Positions 9,512-21,805 of a stretch of 64,000 nt of DNA are shown here, piece after piece. The stretch spans positions 59,706,001 to 59,770,000 of the forward strand of contig NC_043010.1 in NCBI RefSeq assembly GCF_006345805.1, written 5' to 3'. The position numbers and the translations under genes were made by a program. The notes beneath the pieces were generated by a model. That model was not told the DNA's origin. It worked only from the letters and a program-made list of their open reading frames with translations, and did not search any database. How positions within the stretch are numbered: position 1 is the stretch's first letter; every line of letters begins with the position of its first letter. The stretch comes from Octopus sinensis (Eukaryota).

Positions 9512-12263
9512 AAGTTTGTTTATTCCATATTATTTATTTAGTCATGTAAAGTAACAGTTTCCTGTACATAGGCATATTGGAACATCAGACTGGAGTAATT
9601 TAATGGTGGCCATATTTGATTTGTATTATTCCTTTTTTAATGACTTTCTTTTCTATTGTGGCTTTCAAATATTTTGTTGATAATTGTAGGGAAGCAGGAA
9701 TTGTTAAGGAATATGATTTGTAATCATTTTGATGTGATGTTTTTTTCACACATCTTTGTCGGATCTTTATGAATTCACTGCAACTTTCATTTCTTTGCTA
9801 AACCATTATATTGCAGTTGACGTGCCTCTGCCTTTCACTGGAATATTTTTCTTGTTGAATATTTACATTTATAAATGCTTTATGGAAATAATTTGATACC
9901 GTGTAAAATATAAACACATTATTGGAAATATAAATAATAGTAAAAGAAGGTTAAAATATGTATGATCCTAGGTATATATGCTATTGTGTGAGTGTACGCG
10001 TCTATATATAATCAATGTATTTGGCTGCGTTTCTATGTATGTATATGTACAATATATAATTGCTGCTTCTCCTGTTTTCCTTCATCTTTATGCTTTGTCT
10101 TTATACAAATTTTAAATACTACCTATCATGACTAGATCATTTCTGAACACTTGAATCACATTTGCTAATTAGAATTATTTTGTATATTTCAACCATTAAA
10201 ATGTAACAGTTTTATAATTTCTAGCTCAGTTTCTTCTATGGATATTTTACTTTATTTATAAAAACGATTATTTGTTGGTTAAACTGTCTTTATTGTTTCT
10301 GTGTTGTATTTCATTGCTCTTCTCAAATATATCGTTAGGTAATATTGTCTCTCATAGAGTCACGATAGGGAATTGGTATGGTCTGAAGTCTTCTGGGTTC
10401 TGAGTTCAAATCGCACAGAAACCAAATTTACTTTACATCCCTTTGGGCTTCATAAGCTACTCCTTATTTACAGGAGTTGATATCCCTTCTCTCCTTTTCT
10501 ATCTCTCCCCCCACATCTTTTTCTCACACACACAATTGAATTTTTGAAAGGGTCCAAGAAACATAAGCGTTCACACCACACCCAGTCCCCACCATTTGGT
10601 GGACACAACAAAAGACAACAACAGAATTATGTTAATGACCTTATATAAATCTCTTGTAAACCTGCCTACTGATGGATGAATTGAATATTGTTTAATTATA
10701 CAAATGGATAAATGATTTGAAATATTTTTATAGATTGATTTGGATAAAGTTGACATCCAGACATAGCAACTGGGCAAAGATTAAACTACTTTTGACTAAA
10801 TATGGGATGTTATGTTGACGAATAAGTTGATAGATATTAATTAAATGGTATTAGATGTCATGTCGTTTTGTTGAAATTGTGATTGTGACCTACATCATTA
10901 ATGGTCAGTGAGAGAACTAGTGTTGGTTTCTCCACTTTCTTGAAATAGCAGCCAAATCTCACTCAAATCACAGCCTACCATCCTAAAAAAGAAAGAAGAC
11001 ATTACATGGCAGAGTTCACGATACGTTACTTTTAAAGAAAAGTTGGGATAGCCACTTCTGGAATGTCTGCTCACTCAAAGCCAATTTGATTCTAAACAGC
11101 AACCTATTTTATCTTGATATAAGGGAATTCCAGTTGTATAAATCAAAAGATGTAGTTTCATTCTCATTTTGCGATGGATATTCTATTTTCAGTTTCCTCT
11201 TTTGTTTCTGTAGAGTTGTTGTAAAAATGTCTTCTTATAATATTTACCTTTTCCTCCTGTTCATGGTACATTATATTGGGATCGTTTCTCTAACATTGTT
11301 CTTATAGCTGTGATAACTTGAGTGTGTATTTAAAGAGGGGCATACATCTATAAATATAATTTTACCAGTGTGACATCAGAGTAATTTCTAAATAATCGAA
11401 TTATGGTTATTTTTACAACATTTACTATTTCATAAATTATTAATGAGGTTTTATTTTAATAAGAAATTATATCGTTTTCTAACAGGTCTGTTTGCTGATC
11501 TGCAAGGGAGCTAACTCATAATTACTGGTGCATTGGCTGTCTTCTATTGCAATACAATATTGATGTTTGTGATGACCAAATCCTATAGATTTATTCTGTA
11601 GAGTAGTATAGCACTAACTCGTAATGCTGTAAATGTAGAAATCCTAATACTCTACTTCACTCTCAGGTGATTAACAAAAGCTTTAAACGCTAGATTATCA
11701 TGTGTTATAATTATTAATCAAACTGTCTTGATAGTATCATGAGTTTTTGTTTATTTTTCTCTATAGAAAGTATCTATAAAGAATGAACTAATTAATCATT
11801 AAGATGAGAATATGAATAGACACCTGAAATGTTGAGTTATGAGGATTATATTATATCAGTAAAGTATCAATAAAAAGATTTGTAAGCAGTTATGAGATGT
11901 AATTCTTTGATTTTATATCTGCACTCATTAGAATATGAAGATATTTTTTGGAAGTAAAAAGAGAGGGAACTAAGTGGTATTCAGGGAAATTAAGGTTCTC
12001 AAAGAATATTTTAAAGGTGGAATCAACAAATAAAATCTAATCTCTGTCTCCTCTTCATTGCTACTTATATTTCACAATAAAAGAATCTTCTTTATTCATA
12101 GAAATGGCATCCTTTCACATTAATATAAATCTGGTTATTTAAAAGCCACTTCAAATAACATTACAACTTATTTTTTATTACTTAAAGGCTATTTATTTAT
12201 TTTCCAGATGAAAAATTTGAAATCAACATTTCCTTGGATATTGCATTAACGTCAAGACCAGAG

Positions 12264-15200
12264 ATGTTGTTGTATCTGTGCATTTTACTGACTTTCTTCC
12301 ACTGTTATCTAAGTGAAGATATCACATACCATGTTAAAGAAGAGAATATTCCTCATACCTATGTAGGGGACATTGCTACTGACTTACAGAAATCAGACAG
12401 CTCCTTCATAAAGAATAAGGATTTAATTACATTTAGTCAACTGCAACAAAAGGGAGAACAGTTGTTCAATGTGACGAGAACAGGTAAACTGTACACTGTT
12501 GAGACATTGGATGCTGAGTCTGTGTGTAGTTATGAGAAAGAATGTTTTGAAATCGTTAAAGTTGCAGTTCACAAATCCAAGACATTTATGAAGATCTTAA
12601 AGATTAAAGTCATAATAGAAGACATTAATGACCACCAACCTGAGTTTCCAAAGAAAGAAATTACTCTAAGTTTTAGGGAAGGAGACAGAGATGGTATGAA
12701 GAAACCCATACCTCATGCTATAGACAAGGATATGAGTCATGAAAACAGCTTAATTACTTATGAATTGATGAAAGATAATGGACATTTTTCATTAAGTGTT
12801 TCCAAAGAAGATGATGGATTATCAACACTAAGAATTATTTTGGAAGACAAATTAGACAGAGAAACGAAAGACAGTTACAATATTGAAGTCATTGCTAAAG
12901 ATGGAGGAACTCCACCAAAACAATCTGTTTTAAATGTTAAAATATCTGTGGAAGATGAAAATGATAATGCACCGCAATTTTCCCAACGTGTGTACAATGT
13001 TTCTATTGAACATAAACATAAAAAGAATATTCCAGTAGTCACATTATCTGCCAGTGATTTAGACATTGGCAGGAATGGTAAAATATCTTTCTATTTCAGT
13101 CAGAAAACAGATGCTAAACTGAAAGAATACTTCCATCTAGATGAAAATTCTGGAAAGCTATTCTTAGAAAAACCTTTAAATCTGGATATAAAAGAGTCAT
13201 TTAAATTGTATGTAAAAGCTAAAGATAAAGGTATGCCTCCTCTCAGTTCCATAGCAACGGTTATGGTAAATATCATCAACCAACAAAACAGTCCTCCAAA
13301 TATTGATGTGAACTTTATTTCTACACAGAATCACAACACAGCTACCATTCTGGAAGACATCAAAGTTGGTAGTTTCATTGCTTATGTGATGGTCACTGAC
13401 AACGATGTTGGACACAATGGACAGGTGAACTGTCATATCAAAGACGACACATTCAAACTACAGTCAATGGGATCAAAGGAATATAAAATAGTTCTAAAGA
13501 AAGCAGTAGACAGAGAGACACAGGAACATTATCACTTTACTGTGTCGTGTGAAGATAAAGGATTACCTGCTCTGAAAACTGATAAAGATCTGTCAATCCA
13601 AGTGCTAGATGTGAATGATGTTGAACCACACTTTACGAAAGACACATTCAAGTTCCTTACCTATGAGAATGACAAAGCTAATTTCCCTATTGGCTTTATC
13701 AATGCTACAGACCCAGATATTGGTAAGGGAGGTGAATTGTCTTATTCTCTGAGAAATAAACAGCAATATCGTCTGCCATTCCAGATTATCAACTCTGGCT
13801 TTATTTCAACAAACCAGTCTTTAGACAGAGAACACAGAGATTTCTATGAGTTTGAGGTTTTTGTGAAAGACAATGGAAGCCCATCTCTGAATAACACAGT
13901 GAATGTTGAAGTGGAAGTATTGGATAGAAATGATAATGCTCCATATTTTACATTTCCTAGTGTTGACCCTTTCACTCTTAATGTCCACTATCATCCGCAA
14001 AGTAAGAACGACATCACAGTTCTGAAAGCATCTGATATAGACAGTCACATGAATGCTTTTCTCAGGTACGAAATCGTTTCAGGTAACGAGAGACAGTTAT
14101 TTAAACTGGACTCGTTCACTGGTGTGTTATCTTACTCTCGCACAGTTTACCAAAATGATGCCGGATCATATGAGCTTGAGTTTGTTGTGAAAGACAGTGG
14201 TACTCCAGTTCTGTCAGCAACAACTAGTGTGTCTTTGACTCTGACTGTTAGTAACAAGACGTCACCAATGTTCACAACTGTGCACCTACCAAGTGATAAC
14301 ACAATAGATGCGACATTGTTGATTATCATTGTAGTAGCAGCTGTGATAGTATCTATAGCTATTGTGGTTTCTATAACCCTGTGTATTGTGAGATGTAACA
14401 ATGTGAGAAATAGCTCATCTGAAAGAACAGCAGAAGAGAAACAGGCATACCAATGTCGCAATGAGATGAGACAGTTGATCTATCAAGGTAACAACAGTGT
14501 ACCTGTGATGTCAGGTAATCGAGGAGAGATGTCAGACAGATATGGTCATTCGAGGAGTCATTACTATCCTGAAGACTGGAAGACATCAACAATGAACAGG
14601 ACACTTCAAAAGTCTACAAAGGTAAGATATATTCGTGTTTACTAAGAAATTCTCTTACTTTTCTATGTATATTTGAATAAACCTCCTTTTTCAAGAAATT
14701 TTATTCATTATGTGGAATTGTGTGAGTCATGTATATCTATTACTATATTCAACCATTGTTCAGTTGTATTTGTTAGATATCTTATTTAATGAATCCTTAC
14801 TGAAATATGTCTGGTTTTTCTAGAAAATAATCATTAGCGAAAATTTGATTATAGAAAGGAAGACAAAGCACCCTTCCAACACTTCCTCATTTCTGATCTT
14901 CACTGTTTTTCATGATAGTCAGAGTATAAACACATATATGCCATTCATTATTTCTTAGTAATGCCTAATATATCAATACTTTCATCATTGATGATAGTGT
15001 AATTATAGATATGAAGATATATTATGATGTGGTAGTAACTACCAATGTGTGATTGTTAATAGCATTCATTAAAATGAAAAGTGAAGCAGTTAATCCAAGA
15101 TGAAGCAAGGTTTCCATTTATGTAGATTGATTTGGCATTATGTGCACTGGTGATATGTATACCCAAACATAGAATGGTTAGGAATACAAGAAGTGCTCTT

Positions 15201-17800
15201 GTTGAAACAAAGAAAGGAGAACTCGTTCCCTGCAAAACAGATGCTTATTCATTTGGCTCTGTTTGAATGTCTGTTTCTCATGTATCTCATTTATGTGTCC
15301 CTTTCCACAGGAATTAATAACCATTCAATAAACAAATGCGTCCACAGTATGTGTTGTTTTGGCAGTGTAAAGATGTAAAACTTGTGAAATTATAATGGAT
15401 GCTTGAGCACATGGTTCTTCTTTCTAGTCTAAGGACTGAGAAATCTTAGCAACACATTTTAGAAGTTCAGCTGATGATAAACATATAAAATTGTCAGTAT
15501 CATCTGATCATAGATATGGAACTAAATTGTTAATATCATAAAACAAGTGTAAATTTAAGTATTACTAAATATTTCATTATCAGTCATATCTTTACATTAT
15601 ATTTTCCAGCAGAAATACAGTCAACCCATTGAGGTGACATCCTATGGAGACAACAGACCATCTTCTCACTATCCCACTGACACATTGACCAGTCGTAAGA
15701 GCAGTGGACAGTGCTGGAGTGAGCGGTCAAGTAGACAGTATGAAGAAATACCAGCAATGTCAGGTAGGATAACAATGATTTGATATTTTCTATTCAGAAA
15801 TACTCATATTCACTCAGGTAGAGGAAATATCTATCTGGCAGTAGAATAGGGAGTCTGTGTGTCTGTATGTGAAGCCTTCTTCTCTGAGGCTCAGATCAGG
15901 GAAAGATTTTCATTTGCAGATGATTCATAAGTGCCTTTGCAGTGATTTCTTCCATTTTTGTGCCAATGTTTATATCAGACAGCGAGTCAAACAAAGCTAT
16001 GTATTAGTTGCAGGTGTTGCTGTCAGAACAGAAACAGATGGAATAGATACCACTTTCCAAAATCCAACCACTCTACCACCCTGAAGTTGTACTTTACTTG
16101 TTAACTTCAGAATAATGGCAGAATCAACATTAGTGGGGTTTGGGCTCACAGTGTAGAGAGCTGAGGCAATAAACTACAAGGTATTTTATCCAGTGCCCTA
16201 ATGATTCTGCCAATTTGCATCTTCCTGTGAGTAATGGGGCTTGATACCTATTTACAGCTGACTGGATTGGATCAGAATTCTTAAGTGCAGATTTCTCTTT
16301 TAGTTACCAACATTTACAAAGGTTTTCAAACATATACTTTAAACATTTTGGCTATGTCACTGTGTTATCTATACATATTGCTTAATACAAGGGCCAGCCT
16401 TCACCTGCAAACAAGAATGGACTGGTAATATGTACTCATTACAACAACATGAAATGAAGTGTCTTGCTTAAGGACATACTGCATGGTTCAGCCTTGGGAG
16501 TGAACCCACGATATCATAATCATGACCTGATCAAATGGGCTGATACCTTCACTGTTTCACATAACCTGTTCATTAATATATGAAGTAAAACCTTATGAGA
16601 AGTGCTTAACTACGTCACCCAATTGTCCGTGCACCATTGAATGACCAGAATCATCACTATCGTGTAGTTGTCTACAATCTTAGGATCTTTTCGGTTTGAA
16701 CGGCAGTTTTTAACATAATTTCTAGTTAACTAAAAAATTTTAAACTTCATATACTGGTAGAATGTGTTTATAAAACATTTTTTTCTCTTGGCTTTATTGA
16801 GAAAATTCTATAGTTTGTAAGATATTTGTGGATTTTTTTCTTCAATTTCTGCAATTTCAACCAATCAAATATGTCCATTGAGTTAAAAAACATTCTGTGC
16901 CGTATGAATATGTCCCTTGTTTAAGAAACAGATTGGGTTTATTTACATTTGTGAAGAAAAAAAGATACCCTTCCTCCCACCCCTAACCCTAACCCTAAAA
17001 CAGATTGAAATGCAATAGATCGATACTAGGGTCATAATTATGAGTGACAATTTCATATGACACCGCTAGAAAAAACTGCCGTTCAAACCAAAAAGATCCC
17101 AATCTCATTGTAATGTAAAGTTACATGATATAGTTTTATTGTATTAGAATGAGACCTTAATCAGCTTTGACTGAGCAGGACTGTACCAAAGATAGGACAT
17201 GTGAGGATAGATATGGTTTTAGCAACAACACATTACTATTACCAATTTTACTTAAACAAAATAGGAAACTTGAGCTATATGGAAACCATAGCTGTTATTA
17301 AATAGGCTGATTTTTATTTAAGCCTTCCATTCGGATATGATTTGGGTTGGTAAAGTTTTAGGATATTGTAAAATATCAAGATACTATCTCAATGTTGTTG
17401 TTATTATTATTATTGTTATTATTATTATTATTATTATTGTTATTATTATTATTATTATCTCTGCCTTCACTAAGACAGAGTTTCAATTGTGTTTGTTTGT
17501 TTGTCCATGGGCAAGATATCTCAAGAACCACTGGATGGATTCAGATAAAGCTTTCAGAGATGTTTGGCCTTGTGTCTAGCATGAACTACATAGATTTTGG
17601 GGTCAATCTGGTACCGGACAAGGATTCTGGATTATTTTTCCTGTTTTTTTTACTTAAGTTTTGAGAGGGGTTGAGTTCATTTTTAGTATTCTCGTTTGTG
17701 AGAACAGTTGAGTTTATTTCAGTTATTCTCATTTTAAAAATCATCGATGGCTAATTGTTGAGAGGACGTTGGTGTTGCCTTTGCTGAGGTTTGCGCTCTC

Positions 17801-17849
<49 letters not shown>

Positions 17850-18084
17850 CATTATTATTATTGATTTATATTTTAGTTGTGTGAGTGTTATATATAATGT
17901 CAGCAAAATGCTTATTGTGTATGTAAATTATATAATAAGTATATTTGATATGTGTGTTTCAGGAATCTATGGTGGTGCCCCACCTGATGTATCAAGCACC
18001 AATGAGAGAGACCATTACCAAGACAGATATGTGAAACCTCCAGAGAGACAGTTACCTTCAACACCAGATGTTGTTGTCAGTTAA
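12264..18084 (+). CDS. PCDH: Protocadherin G2, join(12264..14621,15610..15763,17963..18084), 877 aa
   Basis: Same domain motifs and splice phases as G1; exon-2 acceptor ttccag|12208; 5' exon donor after 9509. Confidence 0.93.
16380..16550 (-). mobile_element. CORE-like SINE fragment
   Basis: aagtgtcttgcttaaggaca...gggagtgaacccacgat is the reverse complement of a tRNA-derived head plus CORE-like segment. Confidence 0.4.
16683..17099. mobile_element. Non-autonomous DNA transposon (MITE), probably hAT superfamily
   Basis: 29-bp TIR ggatcttttcggtttgaacggcagttttt / aaaaactgccgttcaaaccaaaaagatcc (1 mismatch); 8-bp flanks caatctta / caatctca resemble a TSD; internal (CCCTAA)3 at 16981..16998. Confidence 0.8.
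17394..17458. repeat. (TTA/TTG)n microsatellite
   Basis: Directly visible; source of the spurious poly-Leu/poly-Ile ORFs. Confidence 0.95.
17459..17800 (+). mobile_element. Helentron-associated (HINE/DINE-like) non-autonomous element between two (TTA)n tracts
   Basis: Starts ctctgcc.., contains gtttgtttgtttgtcc, ends gctgaggtttgcgctctc; same architecture as 32083..32852. Confidence 0.5.
17801..17862. repeat. (TTA)n microsatellite
   Basis: Directly visible. Confidence 0.95.
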
Positions 18085-18740
18085 GTGAGACTGAGAAAGG
18101 AACACAACAAAAATAATATCACCTTCAACATTCACACAATATTTAAAACAACAGAAATATATTAGTTAGTTAACAATATTTCTCCACGTATGACTGAAAC
18201 TTCATGTTTATTTCACACACACACACAATCCAAATAAGAAGACAAAGAAAGATTTCAGCACATCCTTAATGACCAGTTACAATTGTTTCTGTACCAATTC
18301 TATTTTTAATGCCAATTCATGCAAAGTTTCCAAAATGTAAAAAAGTTAGTTAATATTTGCACTTTTAAGCATCAGTGTAGCACTTCATCAGACGTGCATC
18401 AAATGTGCTGATGCACAATGTAAGTGTGCATCTTTAATGCAAGTCTGATGAAGTACCACTCTAGTGTTTCACCCTTCACATGGGAATTTTGCATGAATTG
18501 GCAGCAAAACGATTGTAACTGATCATTAAAGACGTGTTAAAGTCTTTCTTTGTCTTCTTATTTGTATTATGCTTTACCCTTTGCTGGACCCACACTTTGG
18601 CTTTACCAGTGTGACAACTTGGATGTCCTACTAGAAGAATTTCGATTTTACTTAAGACTACAATTCCAGAGTTTGAAAATCCTCAGGCTTGGGTTGAGTG
18701 CTGCATTGGAAACATTCCATCTTTCTACCATTCCAAGACC

Positions 18741-18817
<77 letters not shown>

Positions 18818-18828
18818 TATATATATAT
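18741..18828. repeat. (TA)n microsatellite
   Basis: Directly visible; source of the spurious YIYI ORFs. Confidence 0.95.
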
Positions 18829-19134
18829 GAATCAAACACCTTGGGAATATTTTCGCGGATGTAGAATAATTTAGTAGCACTAGAAGTGAATAATGGGTTT
18901 AAACACTGTAGTTAGGAAAAGCAGAGTTAAGGAAAGTAATCACAGATAGACATTATACCTGGAAATACAATCTACACTTAAGAATGTAAATTAAATTATC
19001 TTCTAAGTAAATAATAGATAAATAAATTATTTTGTAAATATTGATATTTTACAAAATCTATTTTCATAGTTTACATAAACTTGAATATTCCATAGATATC
19101 CTTATATGAGACTTAGTTTTGAATTAGGTCAGAC

Positions 19135-19639
19135 ACTCACAAACTATTATTGTCAATATTGTATTTACATTTTAAATTACACACACATTAACAACATCAG
19201 CCATATTTTGTTAATATAACTCTCTGTTCTAAGGATTTCTATGTCAGTCTCTCTCCACATCAGACATGTTGGTGTTATATAGACTTATCATGGCTGACTG
19301 TTAGTGGAGCTGATAGTGTGTGTTCTCTCACTACTCTGTCTTTGTGTGTGAGAGGCAACATCTAGTCTGAGAGAGGCTGTAGTAAGCATCACCCATCCTA
19401 CTCCTCCTCCTCCCTTTCACACACACTCACACACACACACACACACACTAAACACCACACATCCACAAAGGAAGACTGAGAGGGAACTGCTGGTTCCCAC
19501 TGACTCACCACCAACACTATTCCATCAACATGAAGCCATTGTCACACCATAGCAGCAGTGACACAGACAACCATTAACAACAGAACATTGGGACCAAGTC
19601 ACAGTTTATACAACAAAGGATTTTACACACAATGAAGGT
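19135..19639 (+). promoter_or_regulatory. Conserved promoter / exon-1 cassette of G3
   Basis: Copy of the cassette; uORF1 ATG at 19530; ATGAAG|gt at 19632..19639. Confidence 0.75.
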
Positions 19640-20394
19640 AAGTTTGTTATTCCATATTATTTATTCAAATTATGTGAAATAATGATTTCATTTATAACTG
19701 TATTCTGACACCAAAATGTTATATTGTAATGGTGGCCATATTAGATCTGGTTGAGGCTTCGTTTGTCTTTTGTATTTATTGATAATTAAAGAAATTGAAA
19801 GCTTGTACAGAATATAATTTGAATAATTTTCCCCAAACTGGATATTTTAAAACTTTGTTGAGAAGTCTGGATATATTTTATAGCAGTTCTTTTATTTCTG
19901 ATTTCCTTTCAAATAATTACTACCTTCCTGTTTGAATGGTGTCTGTTTAGTAATGTGTTTCAAATAAATCATTTAGTGTTTGGTCAATGAGGTTTAGTCA
20001 AGAATTTACTTAAATAATAGAGTTTAAAATAAACCTCACTTTTCAGAATATAAATGCTAGAAATAATTATGTTATCGACAAAAGTAGATATATTTTCATA
20101 TTTGTGAGTTTATTATCCTGAATGGTAACAAAAATCCTTGTCTGTTTTGATGTAAAACATAATTCACAAACACCCCCCATTTTGAATATATTATTTATTT
20201 TGTTTGTTAAAATATTTTTTTAGATGTAATATATTTTTGTTCAAGATGTATTTGGGACTAGTCATCAATATCTGATAGTTAAAATATTTCTTGTTGTAAT
20301 TTAGTTTTAGTATTGATTTATTAATTCATAATAATTCTCTAATCTTCATTGGTTCTTCTAAGCGTTTCATCATTATAATATTTCCTTTGAATGA

Positions 20395-20550
20395 AGGCTG
20401 TGAGCTGGCAGAATTGTTATTGTGTTGGACAAGATGTTAAGTGGCATTTCTTCCGACTTTACGTTCTGATTTCAAATATTGCTGGGATCAACTTTGTCTT
20501 TTATCTTTTTGCGGTTGACAAAATAAGTACAAGTTGAGTGCTGTAATTGA
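20395..20550 (+). mobile_element. tRNA-derived SINE (cephalopod-type), degenerate
   Basis: gagctggcagaattgtta...tttacgttctgatttcaaat...gttgacaaaataagtac, homologous to 39283..39470. Confidence 0.55.
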
Positions 20551-21805
20551 CCTGTAAGGAGGAGAGAAGGAAAAAAAAAATGATAAGATTTGAGTAAGTT
20601 GAAGAAGCAATGATTTACTCCTCAAGATATAAAAATAGAAGAAAGCCAAAAGCAAATGATGTTAATATAACAGTCTAGAACAAAAATTCAAAAGACTTCA
20701 GTTCTGCAGGGTCTGTTGCTGGGGCTATGGTCTGCTGTCTCTTGCTGCAGTGAAGACGACAGGCAATGGCTAGTTAAAGATTGCTGCAAAACCAGCTGGT
20801 GTCTAGTTTATCAGTGCTGGTATAATAGAGATGTGGTGTGTGGTCAATGGCTGCTGCCAAAGACAAAGAGGGGCTGAAACTGGTGTTTATATAACCATGG
20901 GGTGGCTCCACAGACTGAGATGGGGTTTTTTCCTGCATTGGGAACAAACTGTTGTAAGCACAAGATTGGGCAGTGAAAACCAATATTTAAAATGTTTGAT
21001 ATTTGGAAACAGAGTTTCAAATCAAATTGTATGTTGAGAGTTTTGTGTGTAGATTCTTTAAATTTTGTGCTCTTTTACTGGTTTAATTGTTGTTATTGTT
21101 GGGGATACTTAGCGCCTCCAGCAGTCATAAAATGAGTTTTCAGTAAACAACTTTGATTACATATAATAATAAATCTGTTTGTGTAATCCTTACAAAGTTG
21201 ATGTTACAGTGTGTGAACTTCTAAGGCCTACTACATTAGTAAAGGTCAATGGTCCCACATCTGTCAGTGTCCTTTATAGAACAATTATAATAAATCTAAC
21301 TAAAACTGTTCCTTCTCCATATACCATGGCACTGAAAAAGAAATCAGTACATATTATACATGTGAGATACTTTCTTGCTGGACTTCATAGTTGGGTGAGC
21401 ACATTATACTCAAATGTGTTTTATACATCAGTAAGTATGCTTATAAGTCAATCATTAAACTGGTAAACATAAAATAATCCAGCACGATACAAAGGAGTTA
21501 TTAAACTTCACACATAATTTATAAAATTGAATTTGTTTTTAAACTCAATTTGTTGAATGCAGTGAAAAACTAACCTCCATGCATTCCTTTGGACTTCCTA
21601 TAAAGCAGAAAGGCTTTGTATGTGTTGGAAATTAATGTTAATCTAAAAAATTGCTTGTTTCTGTATTCGATTAAAAAATATTAATGCATTCAAGTAAGAA
21701 AGAAAGTTTATTTCAAGTCATTCCTTAAAAAAACTATTTTCTATTTCAGACTGAATATTTGGAGACATCTCTCATCTGGATATTGTATTAACATCAGGAC
21801 CAGAG

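Noticed and set aside
16981-16998. (CCCTAA)3 as an interstitial telomere or fusion site
   Set aside because: Only three units, lying inside a TIR-bounded MITE.
17337-18864. Poly-Leu/Ile and YIYI ORFs
   Set aside because: Translations of (TTA)n and (TA)n microsatellites.
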